From Gammaproteobacteria bacterium (GTDB taxonomy: Bacteria > Pseudomonadota > Gammaproteobacteria > Eutrophobiales > Eutrophobiaceae), in the NCBI GenBank assembly GCA_965222155.1, contig CBDCTH010000012.1:1120001-1184000 (forward strand): DNA of 64,000 nucleotides, given 5' to 3'. This document shows, piece by piece, positions 18,708-28,949 of the stretch (positions within the stretch are counted from its first letter, which is position 1; the number at the start of each line of letters is the position of its first letter). Made by a program: the position numbers and the translations under genes. The notes beneath the pieces are model-generated. The model ran no database searches. It had not been told where the DNA came from and was given only the letters and a program-made list of their open reading frames with translations.

Positions 18708-20018
18708 ATGCAAATAATCATGTCATTGCAAACCCTGACTCACATATTGTTTTTCTACTTACTGGCAAGCTCCGCCGTGGTAAGGGCAGACGTTATCGAG
18801 CAGTCGTTTGCCGTTGACCATGAGAAAACCGCATCGCTCAATCCCGCGCCCGGTACGGTTATTACAAAAGAAAACGTTGCTTCGTTCAGTACTATTCTCG
18901 CACCGAAACTTGCGGAGTTGATCAATGATGAATTTTTGACGATCACCACGGGCGAGGCTCTATCCTTTGCCACGCACCCTGCCTACCTGGAGGCCACCAG
19001 GCACTACCTGGACACAACCGAGCTTGGGGAAGAACCGGGAATTATTCGCAACTACGTGGCCGGCAGGCCGTTCCCCCGGGAACCACAGCTTGATGATCCC
19101 AGGGCAGGAGACAAGCTGGCCTGGAACCTGCGTTATACCTATATATACGACAGTGGAGAACTCTCAAGCTTTTATTGGCAGTATAAGAGTATCCTCAGAG
19201 ACAAGCTGGAAAGGGAGTTATCTTTCTATGCAAGCTCCATGAAGTTCATGCACAGGCACGTACAGGAACCCATCCCCTCTATGCCTAACAATCCTTCACA
19301 GGTCTATCATGGGCTTTACCTGAAGGTATTGGCGCCCCCGGATTTGCGCGGGACACAATTACTGGTGCAACGCCTGGAAGATGACACCAAGCAGGAGCAA
19401 ACCTGGCTTTACCTTTCCAGCCACCGCCGAGTCCGGCGCCTGGCGTCCGGTCAGACAACGGACGCGTTTCTGGGCAGTGATATCATGATAGAGGATTTTC
19501 TCGGTTATAACGGTCGTATCATGGACCAGAAATGGACTTACAAGGGGGTTACCTGGGTATTGTTGCCGTTCTTTAATCATGATCAGCAACCTCTGGTAGA
19601 TGCAGGGCAGCAATTGGACGGTTTTCAATTTATCGGTTTCCATGGCAAGGGCGGCTGTTTTCCGAATGTCACCTGGCACCTGCGTAAGGCCTATATCCTG
19701 GAAGCAGAGCCGTACTGGAAACAGCATCCTTTGTCGAAACGGCGTTATTACCTGGATGCCCAGACGATGCTGCCGGTTTACGGGCATATCTTCGACAGGC
19801 CCGGCAACCTGTGGAAAGTCGCCATCGCCGCTTACTCTCACCCGGACCGGCATCACCCATCCAACCTGGGTTCGGGCACGCCTATCATCGATGCGGTCTC
19901 CATGATTGACATCCAGGCCCTGCACTGCACGACCCTCCAATTCAAGGCAGTACTACCGGAGAAAGCATTTCGCGAGACGGATTTCACTGTGCAGGCTTTA
20001 CGCGCCAAGGGGCGCTGA
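18708..20018 (+). CDS. DUF1329-family periplasmic protein (copy 2)
   Basis: Paralog of 12121-13428 (RRVRRLASGQTTDAFLGSDIMIEDFLGYN); the track start at 18567 lies inside the repeat, so the true start is likely ATG 18708 or 18720, just before the signal peptide. Confidence 0.82.
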   Translation: MQIIMSLQTLTHILFFYLLASSAVVRADVIEQSFAVDHEKTASLNPAPGTVITKENVASFSTILAPKLAELINDEFLTITTGEALSFATHPAYLEATRHYLDTTELGEEPGIIRNYVAGRPFPREPQLDDPRAGDKLAWNLRYTYIYDSGELSSFYWQYKSILRDKLERELSFYASSMKFMHRHVQEPIPSMPNNPSQVYHGLYLKVLAPPDLRGTQLLVQRLEDDTKQEQTWLYLSSHRRVRRLASGQTTDAFLGSDIMIEDFLGYNGRIMDQKWTYKGVTWVLLPFFNHDQQPLVDAGQQLDGFQFIGFHGKGGCFPNVTWHLRKAYILEAEPYWKQHPLSKRRYYLDAQTMLPVYGHIFDRPGNLWKVAIAAYSHPDRHHPSNLGSGTPIIDAVSMIDIQALHCTTLQFKAVLPEKAFRETDFTVQALRAKGR

Positions 20019-20022
20019 GCGG

Positions 20023-20340
20023 GTGCACAAGATAACGCTGGTATGCGCCGGGGAACGGGCTGATTTTAATTGTGCAGATAAGGCGTCGATACTGAAGTCT
20101 GCCTATGCGGCCGGATTTCAGTTGGCCTGTGGCTGCCTGCAGGGTCGTTGCAGGACGTGTCGTGCGCGCTTGCTGAAAGGCAGTGTAAGATCGCTTCGCC
20201 CTCTATCAAGATATGCTACTATTGACCCGGCAAACCTTGAGGATGGAAGCGTGCTGCTGTGTTCTGTTACGCCACTTGAGGATATAGATATTGAGCCTCA
20301 CTCAAAGTGGGAACCTGGACGAAACTGTAACACGGAGTAA
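20023..20340 (+). CDS. Plant-type [2Fe-2S] ferredoxin
   Basis: C-x4-C-x2-C (CLQGRCRTC) plus a distal LLC; in-frame GTG at 20023, just after the DUF1329 stop. Confidence 0.8.
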   Translation: MHKITLVCAGERADFNCADKASILKSAYAAGFQLACGCLQGRCRTCRARLLKGSVRSLRPLSRYATIDPANLEDGSVLLCSVTPLEDIDIEPHSKWEPGRNCNTE

Positions 20341-20403
20341 CAGGATGCGCAGGACAGATGATATATGTCCGGTAATCCTGTATATCCTGTCCATCCATGT
20401 AAA
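20340..20403. repeat. CAGGAT-family 9-mer inverted repeat element (short)
   Basis: ACAGGATGCGCAGGAC...ATCCTGTATATCCTGTCCATCCATGTAAA, matching the 51861-52044 family. Confidence 0.65.
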
Positions 20404-20427
20404 AAATACGATATAAGGGGACTAATC

Positions 20428-21297
20428 ATGCGTGATTTTACTATCGATAACCTGACGGAAATTGTGCTGGAGGAATACGGTTCCAAAACAGAAGATCCCA
20501 GGTTCAGACAAATTATCACTTCATTAATCAAACACGTGCACGCCTTTGTCAAAGACGTGGAACTGACGGAAGAGGAATGGTTCAAGGCAATCATGTTTTT
20601 AACCAGGACCGGCCAGACCTGCGATGACAAGCGCCAGGAGTTTATCCTGTTATCGGACGTGCTGGGTGTGTCCATGCTGGTAGATGCGATCAACCACCCC
20701 AAGTCGGGCAGGGGGACGGAATCCACGGTACTGGGACCGTTTTACGTAGCGGGCGCGCCGGAATATGAAAACGGCGCCAGCATCATAAAACAGCAATATG
20801 CCGCTCAAGTCGCATTGGTACAGGGGAAAGTGACGGACCCCGACGGCGCCTCCATAGCCGGCGCAAAACTGGATGTGTGGCAGACTGCCGCCAATGGCTA
20901 TTATGATGTACAGGATCAGTCCATGCCCGAAAATAATATGCGCGGTATTTTCACTACAGATACAGAGGGTAACTATACCTTTGTGACGGAAAAGCCGTTG
21001 TCCTACTCCATACCAACGGATGGCCCCGTCGGCGATCTGCTCAGGACCAGCCGACGCCACGGCATGAGGCCCGCCCATATCCATTTCGTCGTGTCGGCGG
21101 ACGGCTATGAGCCGTTGACGACCCATGTATTTTCTGATGGCGATGAATACCTGGACTCGGACGCGGTGTTTGCCACCAAGAGTTCACTGATCGGCTATTA
21201 CACGGAGTCCGATGACGCTGATCTGGCGACCCGCTATAATCTTTCCGTACCGTTCAGCCACCTGCAATTTGATATGGGTCTGATGCCGACCCGATAA
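20428..21297 (+). CDS. Intradiol ring-cleavage dioxygenase (hydroxyquinol/catechol 1,2-dioxygenase family)
   Basis: RQEFILLSDVLGVS, TVLGPFY, GYYDVQ, YSIPTDGPVG and RPAHIHF (Fe ligands Y,Y,H,H); ATG 20428 follows AAGGGG. Confidence 0.9.
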   Translation: MRDFTIDNLTEIVLEEYGSKTEDPRFRQIITSLIKHVHAFVKDVELTEEEWFKAIMFLTRTGQTCDDKRQEFILLSDVLGVSMLVDAINHPKSGRGTESTVLGPFYVAGAPEYENGASIIKQQYAAQVALVQGKVTDPDGASIAGAKLDVWQTAANGYYDVQDQSMPENNMRGIFTTDTEGNYTFVTEKPLSYSIPTDGPVGDLLRTSRRHGMRPAHIHFVVSADGYEPLTTHVFSDGDEYLDSDAVFATKSSLIGYYTESDDADLATRYNLSVPFSHLQFDMGLMPTR

Positions 21298-21309
21298 AAA
21301 GGGGAGATT

Positions 21310-21463
21310 TATCCGCAGATTACGCAGATTTACGCAGATTAAAATCAATCTTTAGAGGAACAGATAAAATCCACTGTATATGCAACTATATTTACGCTAA
21401 TAATCACACAGTTTTTTTATCTGTTGTATTCTTATCTGCGAAAATCTGCGTAATCTGCGGATA
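21310..21463. repeat. CGCAGAT-family 9-mer inverted repeat element
   Basis: TATCCGCAGATTACGCAGATTTACGCAGAT ... ATCTGCGAAAATCTGCGTAATCTGCGGATA around an AT-rich core. Confidence 0.85.
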
Positions 21464-21468
21464 CTCCT

Positions 21469-22692
21469 ATGTATGACCTGTTGAAGGATCTGCGCATCGT
21501 TGAAGGCTCTGCCTTTGTCGCTGCGCCGCTGGGGGGCATGACCCTGGCGCAACTGGGGGCGGATGTCATACGCTTTGACCCTATCGGTGGTGGGCTGGAC
21601 TATCGGCGCTGGCCGGTGACGAGTGCGGGACAAAGTCTGTACTGGGCGGGTCTGAACAAGGGCAAGCGCTCTATTGCCATCGATTTACGCTCCCCCGAAG
21701 GAAAAGAACTCGCCGTTTCTCTGATAACCGGGGACGCCCCCAACGCGGGGATTTTCCTGACCAACTTCCCGCAGTCGGACTGGCTGGATTATACGACGCT
21801 GAAGAAGCGGCGTAATGACTTGATCATGGTACAGGTGCAGGGAAATCCGGATGGGAGCAGCGCGGTCGACTATACGATCAATTCCGCAACGGGTATTCCC
21901 TATGCGACAGGACCGGCAGATGAGCCGGCGCCGGTCAACCACATGTTTCCGGCCTGGGATGCGCTGACAGGCATCAATGCAGCGCTGGCAGTGGTAGTCG
22001 CAGAGCGCCAACGGCGACTTGCCGGCGCCGGCCAACTGATCAGGCTGGCGCTGTCGGATATTGCGTTTTCCATGGTGGGCAACCTGGGACACATCGCCGA
22101 AGCGCAAATCAATGGTGCAGAACGTCAAGCTATCGGTAACCGGTTGTACGGTGCGTTCGGCCACAATTTTAAAACCAGGGACGGACATGAGATCATGCTG
22201 GTGGCCATCACCCGCAGACAATGGCGGAACCTGGTCACGGCATCTCAACTTGAGCAGGAGTTTAAAAAGATAGAAACCGAACGTGGATTGAAACTCGACC
22301 AGGAAGGTGATCGTTACCAGGCTACGGATGCCCTTATCGGTTTATTGGAACCGTGGTGTGCGCGGCATGACCTTGCGGAGTTGGCTTCGATATTCGATTC
22401 CCACGGTGTGTGCTGGGGACCGTACCAGACTTTTTCCGAACTGGTAAATCATGATCCGCGCTGCTCTGAGAAGAATCCCGTTTTTGCAACGGTTCGCCAA
22501 CCCGGTATAGGTGAATACCTGATGCCCGGTTCACCTCTGCGCTTTGAGGCGGAACCGCGCCAACCGGTCACGCCGGCGCCGCAACTCGGCGCCGATACCG
22601 ATGAGATACTCTCCACGATCCTGGGTTTGAGCAGCGCCGCCATCGGCGATCTGCACGACCGGGGAATCGTCGCCGGCATTACAGCTGATTAG
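21469..22692 (+). CDS. mct: Family III CoA transferase, mesaconyl-CoA C1-C4 CoA transferase (2-methylfumaryl-CoA isomerase)-like
   Basis: LRIVEGSAFVAAPLGGMTLAQLGADVIRFDPIGGGLDYRRWP and SLYWAGLNKGKRS match Mct as I recall it; the family assignment is firm, the substrate is inferred. Confidence 0.75.
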   Translation: MYDLLKDLRIVEGSAFVAAPLGGMTLAQLGADVIRFDPIGGGLDYRRWPVTSAGQSLYWAGLNKGKRSIAIDLRSPEGKELAVSLITGDAPNAGIFLTNFPQSDWLDYTTLKKRRNDLIMVQVQGNPDGSSAVDYTINSATGIPYATGPADEPAPVNHMFPAWDALTGINAALAVVVAERQRRLAGAGQLIRLALSDIAFSMVGNLGHIAEAQINGAERQAIGNRLYGAFGHNFKTRDGHEIMLVAITRRQWRNLVTASQLEQEFKKIETERGLKLDQEGDRYQATDALIGLLEPWCARHDLAELASIFDSHGVCWGPYQTFSELVNHDPRCSEKNPVFATVRQPGIGEYLMPGSPLRFEAEPRQPVTPAPQLGADTDEILSTILGLSSAAIGDLHDRGIVAGITAD

Positions 22693-22722
22693 TCACCGGG
22701 ATGTTTACCCCACACTAAGCCA

Positions 22723-24555
22723 ATGCCCGAAGTAATTCGTAACATCGCCATTATCGCTCATGTTGATCACGGCAAGACGACGTTGGTGGATCAATTATTG
22801 AAACAGTCCGGCACTCTGCAGGCGAGAGACATGAGCTCTGTGCGCGTCATGGACTCCAACGACATCGAAAAAGAACGTGGCATCACAATTCTGGCGAAGA
22901 ATACCGCGCTACGATGGAATGACTATCGCATCAACATTATCGATACTCCAGGTCACGCAGACTTTGGCGGAGAAGTGGAAAGAATTTTGTCTATGGTCGA
23001 TTCAGTGCTGTTGCTGGTCGATGCCGTTGAGGGGCCGATGCCACAAACCCGTTTTGTCACACAGAAGGCATTGGCCCGCAAGCTGACCCCTATTGTCGTT
23101 ATAAACAAGATTGATCGCAACGGAGCGCGGCCTGATTGGGTGCTTCATCGCACCTTCGACTTGTTTGATCTTCTTGGCGCCAGCGATGAACAACTGGATT
23201 TCCCGGTGATATATACATCCGCGAAAGAAGGCTACAGCGGCACTGATCCCGGTTGTAAAGACCAGGACATGACCGCCTTATTTGAAACTATCGTAACGAA
23301 AGTCCCGGCGCCCGATGTCAATGAAAATGGCGCTTTTCAATTTCAGGTCAGTGCGCTTGATTACAACAGTTATATAGGGGTAATTGGAATCGGCCGCATC
23401 ACCCGCGGCAAAGTGACATCCAATACACCTGTTTCGATCATTGGTAAAGACAATAAAATACGTAGAGGACGCATTCTGAAGCTGTTTCGTCTGCTCGGTC
23501 TTGAACGAACTGAAATTAATTACGCTTGTGCCGGCGACATTATCGCCATAGCCGGTATTGATGAACTTAATATATCAGATACCTTATGTGAGCCGGACAC
23601 AGTCGACGCCTTACCCCCACTGACCGTTGACGAACCGACGATCACCATGACCTTCCAGGTCAACGACTCGCCCTTTAACGGTCAGGAAGGAAAATACGTC
23701 ACCTCTCGCCAACTCAGCGAGCGATTGTTGCGCGAATTAAAACACAATGTTGCCTTACGCGTTGAAGAAACAGACGACTCCGACAAGTTCAAGGTCTCTG
23801 GTCGCGGCGAATTACACCTGTCCATTCTTATTGAAAATATGCGCAGGGAAAATTATGAGTTCAGTGTCTCTCGCCCTGAAGTTATTATTAAGAATGTCGA
23901 CGGTCAATTATGTGAACCCTATGAACAACTCACCGTTGATATGGAGGTCAGTTATCAGGGAAGCGTTATGGAAATGTTGGGTTCTCGCGCAGGCAGCCTG
24001 CAGGACATGGCGCCGGACGGTAAGGGGCGAATAAGACTTGATTACCTGATCCCCGCCCGCGGTATTATCGGTTTTCGTACTGAATACCTGACGGCAACAG
24101 CAGGTACAGGACTGATGCATTATGTTTTCAACCACTACGGGCCGTTAAAATCGACGCTGAACAATCAAAGAGTCAATGGCGTACTGATTTCCAACGGTAA
24201 GGGTAAGGCACTGGCCTATTCCTTATTCAACTTGCAGCAACGCGGACGGTTACTGATTGAGCCCGGCATGAATGTTTACGAAGGCATGATCGTCGGCATC
24301 CACTCCCGCGATAATGATCTTCTGGTTAATCCACTCAAAGCTAAACAACTCACCAACATTCGTGCTGCCGGCAAAGATGACAATATTTTATTGACCCCGC
24401 CCGTGAAGCATTCGTTGGAGCAGGCACTGGAATTTATCAATGATGACGAACTGGTAGAAATTACACCTGACAATATCCGGTTACGAAAGAAATTACTAAA
24501 GGAGTACGAAAGAAAACGCGCATCCCGTGAAAGCGATATGCGTTTGGCGATTTAG
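22723..24555 (+). CDS. typA: Translational GTPase TypA/BipA
   Basis: [55 protein letters not shown] and DDELVEITP. Confidence 0.96.
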   Translation: MPEVIRNIAIIAHVDHGKTTLVDQLLKQSGTLQARDMSSVRVMDSNDIEKERGITILAKNTALRWNDYRINIIDTPGHADFGGEVERILSMVDSVLLLVDAVEGPMPQTRFVTQKALARKLTPIVVINKIDRNGARPDWVLHRTFDLFDLLGASDEQLDFPVIYTSAKEGYSGTDPGCKDQDMTALFETIVTKVPAPDVNENGAFQFQVSALDYNSYIGVIGIGRITRGKVTSNTPVSIIGKDNKIRRGRILKLFRLLGLERTEINYACAGDIIAIAGIDELNISDTLCEPDTVDALPPLTVDEPTITMTFQVNDSPFNGQEGKYVTSRQLSERLLRELKHNVALRVEETDDSDKFKVSGRGELHLSILIENMRRENYEFSVSRPEVIIKNVDGQLCEPYEQLTVDMEVSYQGSVMEMLGSRAGSLQDMAPDGKGRIRLDYLIPARGIIGFRTEYLTATAGTGLMHYVFNHYGPLKSTLNNQRVNGVLISNGKGKALAYSLFNLQQRGRLLIEPGMNVYEGMIVGIHSRDNDLLVNPLKAKQLTNIRAAGKDDNILLTPPVKHSLEQALEFINDDELVEITPDNIRLRKKLLKEYERKRASRESDMRLAI

Positions 24556-24560
24556 AAAAA

Positions 24561-24626
24561 ATGGCTCGAATTGACGAACTGTTTCCCGCGTGGCAGGGCA
24601 AGTCCCCAGTCTCGCCTCCCGGGTAG
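24561..24626 (+). pseudogene. 5' remnant of the Meh-like hydratase gene (MARIDELFPAWQGK...)
   Basis: ATGGCTCGAATTGACGAACTGTTTCCCGCGTGG is near-identical to the start of 28936 (TTGACTCGATTTGACGAACTGTTTCCCGGGTGG). Confidence 0.7.
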
Positions 24627-24702
24627 GGCTAACCTGACTACCCCTCAATATAACAGCCTCCAGACTTGGTGAACTTTAAGATGGTACTGACTGATTTCAT
24701 CA

Positions 24703-24798
24703 TATGACGGAAACGTGGTCAAACGGCAGCCGGACGATACGTGGAAAACACTAATAGATAATCCGTTTCATGCGCATCATATCGGTCTTCTGGATTAA
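24703..24798 (+). pseudogene. 3' remnant of a SnoaL/YybH-like (NTF2-fold) gene
   Basis: Frame reads YDGNVVKRQPDDTWKTLIDNPF..*, resembling the R-QPDG-W...DNP C-terminal motif; no start codon. Confidence 0.4.
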
Positions 24799-24889
24799 GG
24801 ATACCGACAGAAAACCCATAGTCTAAGACGCGAAATGCCGGCCATGTGCAGGCTTGGCCAGCATTTTGTTGTCAGCTCTGGATAACAGC

Positions 24890-27232
24890 TCAGAAATTGT
24901 AATCCAGGGATACTCCGTAAGTCGCCGGCATCCCGTTCATCTTCACATAACAGCAATTGCTGGTAGAAGACGAGTGCCAGAATTCTTCATTGAAGATATT
25001 CCGCCCCCACAGGGTCACGCGCCAGCGTCCATCGGCCGCGCTGATCCCTGCACGTGCGTTAACCAGAAAATAATCACTGATGGGAGGCTGGACGGCGCCA
25101 TCGTTGTCATCCTTGTATGAAAAATCACTGGCTACCATCATGTTCATCCCATTGGATATGGGCCATTCGTAAGTCAATGTGCCGTTCGCCTGCCAGTTTG
25201 GCGAGTTGGCTAAATCAGAACCCGAGGCGTCAAATGTCACCACGTTGGGGAAAACACTGGCAAATTCATCGATGGCCTCATACTCCTTGATTTCAGTATT
25301 CAGCCAGGCGACGCCCAGGTCCAGGGTCAGTCCTGTTGTCATAAGCCAGTGTGACTCCATTTCGATGCCGACAGATTCCGATTCGGGCACGTTGGTCAGC
25401 CTTGAAATATTGCCGACCGGCGTGACGGCCACGCTGGGTTCCTGTTTATCTTCATAGTCATAATAGAAGCCGGCGACGTTAAGTTGCAGCCGGCCGCCAA
25501 ACAATGCAGATTTGAAACCCGCCTCATACGCCGTCAACGTTTCCGCTCTGTACGGTAATAACTGGCTGTGGGTTTGTGCCGCGGCGCCGTTAAAACCGCC
25601 GGACTTGAATCCTTTCGACACCGTGCCGTAAAGCAGTACGTCTTCCATGGGGCTGTAGTCCAGCGTGACTTTCCACATCCATTTTTCCGTGGAGATATCC
25701 TCGGAAAAAACGGCTAACTGGCCAAAAGTTGGTGAGCCGGGTCTTTCGTCATAAATACCGCAAGCGCTCGGACCGAGGGGTCCGGGATCCGGGAAACCCT
25801 GCGGCACCATAACGGAAGGTGTGAGGATAAAATTCCAGAGCGCGCCCAGCGAACCATCGCCGGTGTCATAAGTACAGCCGCTCCATTCCCGATCCTCTTC
25901 GGTGTAGCGGGCTCCCAGCGTCAACCGCAGGTCAGGAATAAATTCATATTCAATATGGCCAAAGCCAGCGATGGCTTCCGTGGTCTGATCATAACGGGTG
26001 TCTATATCCAGTCCCGGCGGGTTGCCGAAAAAGGCAATAAAGGATTCATCCATGTGCAATATATAACTCTCATTCATATCATCCCGGGAATAGTAGGCGC
26101 CCACCAGCCAGTACAGGTTGGAGTCATTATTGGATGAGATACGAATTTCCTGGGAAAAAACTTCCAGGTCGGTGATATTGAGAACGTCGGCGTCCTCAAA
26201 CCCGACGCCGGAGGTATCAAACCTTTCGTCCCGCTCAAACTTGTCATAAGCGGTAATCGTCGTCAGGTTGATCCCGCCTGTGTCCCAGTTCAGTTTTGCG
26301 GAAGCGCCCTTGAGGGTGTTATCCCGTTTCGGGGTGAAATCCGGCGACCAATCAGCCAGTCTGTTCTTTCCTTTGGAAAAGATGACGTTTCCGGGGGGGG
26401 GCAGGATTAATGAGGTTGGAAGCCCTATGGTTGTCCCGTCGAACGGCGTTGCGGCCATATTGTCGGAATTGTCCTCGTACCAATGCAGGTTGAGAAACAG
26501 CGATGCATTGTCATTGATATCCAGGTCCAGCAGGCCGCGCACAGCCACGTCATCGTACTCTCCAAGCCTGTCGCCCGGTCTGCTCAGGCTTTTTTGCCAG
26601 CCGTCGCCGGCTGACTGGGTAGTTTTCACCGCGACGCGGGCGCGGGCGTTATCGGTCAGCGGTCCGCTGACATAAGCTTCCGCGTCAATCACGTCAAAGC
26701 GGCTGTACCCGAGTTTTATTCCCGCCGCAAATTCATCCGTGGGTTTGCGGTTGACAAAGTTGATCTGGCCCGCGCTGGTATTGCGCCCGTAAAGGTCGCC
26801 CTGCGGTCCTTTCAGCACTTCGACCCGTTCCACGTCGAACAATACTCCACGGCTCATAACGGTATAAGGAATGCTCACCTCGTCGGAATAAAGACCGACG
26901 GTAGCGGAGGCCGAGGTGGTGTAATCCGCGAACCCAACGCCGCGAATGGTATAAACAGGTACGCCCTGGGGTTGCGCATTGGTAACGGTCAGTCCCGGAG
27001 TGATGGTTTCCAGGTGTTCCGCAGAACGGACTCCATAGTTTTCAAGCTGGGCCGCGGTGAACGCGTTGACGGTGATGCCCACGTCATTAATTCCCTGCTC
27101 GCGTTTTTGCGCGGTCACAATGACTCCTTCAAGCACAGTCTGCTGGCCCTGGACGAGACCGGGAGCAGCGACCAGTAGAGACAGCAGGTAGATGGCCGAC
27201 CTGCCGGAAACAGATATTTTCCTGGCTGACAT
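24890..27232 (-). CDS. TonB-dependent receptor
   Basis: Signal peptide, TonB box (VIVTAQKRE), IRGVG, VERVEVLKGPQGDLYGRN, KGFKSGGFN and a terminal F. Confidence 0.93.
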   Translation of the reverse strand: MSARKISVSGRSAIYLLSLLVAAPGLVQGQQTVLEGVIVTAQKREQGINDVGITVNAFTAAQLENYGVRSAEHLETITPGLTVTNAQPQGVPVYTIRGVGFADYTTSASATVGLYSDEVSIPYTVMSRGVLFDVERVEVLKGPQGDLYGRNTSAGQINFVNRKPTDEFAAGIKLGYSRFDVIDAEAYVSGPLTDNARARVAVKTTQSAGDGWQKSLSRPGDRLGEYDDVAVRGLLDLDINDNASLFLNLHWYEDNSDNMAATPFDGTTIGLPTSLILPPPGNVIFSKGKNRLADWSPDFTPKRDNTLKGASAKLNWDTGGINLTTITAYDKFERDERFDTSGVGFEDADVLNITDLEVFSQEIRISSNNDSNLYWLVGAYYSRDDMNESYILHMDESFIAFFGNPPGLDIDTRYDQTTEAIAGFGHIEYEFIPDLRLTLGARYTEEDREWSGCTYDTGDGSLGALWNFILTPSVMVPQGFPDPGPLGPSACGIYDERPGSPTFGQLAVFSEDISTEKWMWKVTLDYSPMEDVLLYGTVSKGFKSGGFNGAAAQTHSQLLPYRAETLTAYEAGFKSALFGGRLQLNVAGFYYDYEDKQEPSVAVTPVGNISRLTNVPESESVGIEMESHWLMTTGLTLDLGVAWLNTEIKEYEAIDEFASVFPNVVTFDASGSDLANSPNWQANGTLTYEWPISNGMNMMVASDFSYKDDNDGAVQPPISDYFLVNARAGISAADGRWRVTLWGRNIFNEEFWHSSSTSNCCYVKMNGMPATYGVSLDYNF

Positions 27233-27486
27233 TTTTTCCCTCCGTTAAAGATGAGATTTACTTGGGTTTCTGATTGATTTGAGTATGAGTATTTATTTGC
27301 ATTCAGAGTTTAAAGTCAAGAATATATTTTGCTTTTACGCCATATTCTGTTGCAATACTGCAATTCATCTACTGATTCCTCCTTTTGTGAACGCGGTTGG
27401 GACGGTTTCTTTCGTGTAGACAGGTTTTTATTTATATTTGTAATAGTTTGCATTTCTGACAGGGCATAAAACAGGTTGAATGCCTG

Positions 27487-28656
27487 CTATGACGGCTCGG
27501 CGCTGCTCAAGTAAGCCAGGACGATAATCACGACAAGTACCTGCATGGTTATCATCATCGGTAAAGCCGTGCCATCGTGGAGCCAGCTGACTGCGAGTGC
27601 TGCGAGTGACCCTATTGCCATTTCCGCAGAGACGAGCATGGCTGCCGCAGCCCCGGTTCTTTTGTCGGTTGAATTCATGGCCAGAGTGGGTATCACGGCG
27701 AATATGGGCCCATCGGCAAATACGATAATTGCTATGGCGAGTATCAGGGTAACAGGTGTCTCTACTCCCGAAAAGATGATAGCCAGCAACAACAGGGCGC
27801 CGATTACCGCGGCGTAAACACCTGCTCGTAATATCGCCCTGGCCTCGTGCGTCCTGATCAACTGTGTTGCCAGCAGGCTGCCGATGACATAGGCAAGGAC
27901 GAGTACTCCCTGAAAATAACCGAAATGTTCGGTCGCCACACCATGATTCTTAATCAGGATAAAGGGTCCGGCGGTGATAAAGGCAAAGATACAGCCCAGG
28001 CTACAGCCGCCGACAGTGATATAAATCAGGAATGATTTGTTGCTGAGCAAGCCGCAATAATCGGCAAAAATTTCCTTCAGGTTCAGCGCATTGTAATCTT
28101 TTTCGGTTGATTCTTTCAGAACAAGGGCAATCAGCAGGGTTACCAGCAACGCCAGAATCGTGAGCAAATAGAAATTCACTCTCCAGCCGAAATACACGTG
28201 AATATAGCCACCCAACAGGGGCGCAACGGCAGGCGCGAAAGCCGTTGCAATGCCATAGATGGCAATGGCCCGCACCTGTTCCTTCTCGGTAAATACGTCC
28301 CGTATGATAGCAAGCACGACTACGCCTTCCACGGCGGCTGCGACCCCTTGGAGTATCCGGGCAAGGAGCAGTTGACCTATATCAGCGGCACTGGCGCAGA
28401 GAAGACTGGTCAGGGTAAATCCTATCATGCCCCAGAGCAGGACCGGTTTCCTCCCAAACCGCTCCGATAAAGGGCCGTGAACCAGGGTTGCAATGCCGTA
28501 AGCCGCTATATTGAGGCTTACCGTCAGCTTGACCAATTGGGGACTGGCGCCAAGCAGTTCCGGTAAATGAGCCAGGCTCGGCACATACAAATCCGTCGAC
28601 ATCATGGTGATGACACTGGCCGAGACAAGCAGTATGAGGAGAATGCGTTTGTTCAT
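27487..28656 (-). CDS. Bcr/CflA-family MFS efflux transporter
   Basis: TDLYVPSL, GPLSERFGRKPVLL, RILQG and APLLGG..GWR; about 12 TM segments. Confidence 0.9.
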   Translation of the reverse strand: MNKRILLILLVSASVITMMSTDLYVPSLAHLPELLGASPQLVKLTVSLNIAAYGIATLVHGPLSERFGRKPVLLWGMIGFTLTSLLCASAADIGQLLLARILQGVAAAVEGVVVLAIIRDVFTEKEQVRAIAIYGIATAFAPAVAPLLGGYIHVYFGWRVNFYLLTILALLVTLLIALVLKESTEKDYNALNLKEIFADYCGLLSNKSFLIYITVGGCSLGCIFAFITAGPFILIKNHGVATEHFGYFQGVLVLAYVIGSLLATQLIRTHEARAILRAGVYAAVIGALLLLAIIFSGVETPVTLILAIAIIVFADGPIFAVIPTLAMNSTDKRTGAAAAMLVSAEMAIGSLAALAVSWLHDGTALPMMITMQVLVVIIVLAYLSSAEPS

Positions 28657-28835
28657 AGTTCCTTACTGAGAAAAGGGCGCTTGGATAATAATATGCTGAG
28701 TATCTGTGAGAATTAACCGATTGAATTGTTGAACCAAAGTAAATTATGGAATGGGATGTTGATTAATCAGTTGATTAGACAGTATTCCATTTTGGAACCA
28801 TAATGTAACTACCGTATTTCTTGGAGACATATTCC

Positions 28836-28949
28836 ATGCCTGCATTGACTATAAAAAATATTCCTGATGAGCTCTATAACGAGCTTAAACTTGTTGCCGA
28901 GCAACATCAAAGAAATATTAACAGTGAAGTGATCGTTGACTCGATTTGA
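28836..28949 (+). pseudogene. Truncated Arc/FitA-like ribbon-helix-helix antitoxin
   Basis: GGAG RBS then MPALTIKNIPDELYNELKLVAEQHQRNINSEVIVDSI*; similarity breaks where the downstream gene begins. Not in the ORF track. Confidence 0.7.

Noticed and set aside
27233-27486. Cobalamin riboswitch upstream of the TonB receptor (given RdhA's B12 need)
   Set aside because: The region is AT-rich with no recognisable B12-box or conserved stems by eye; an Rfam scan would settle it.
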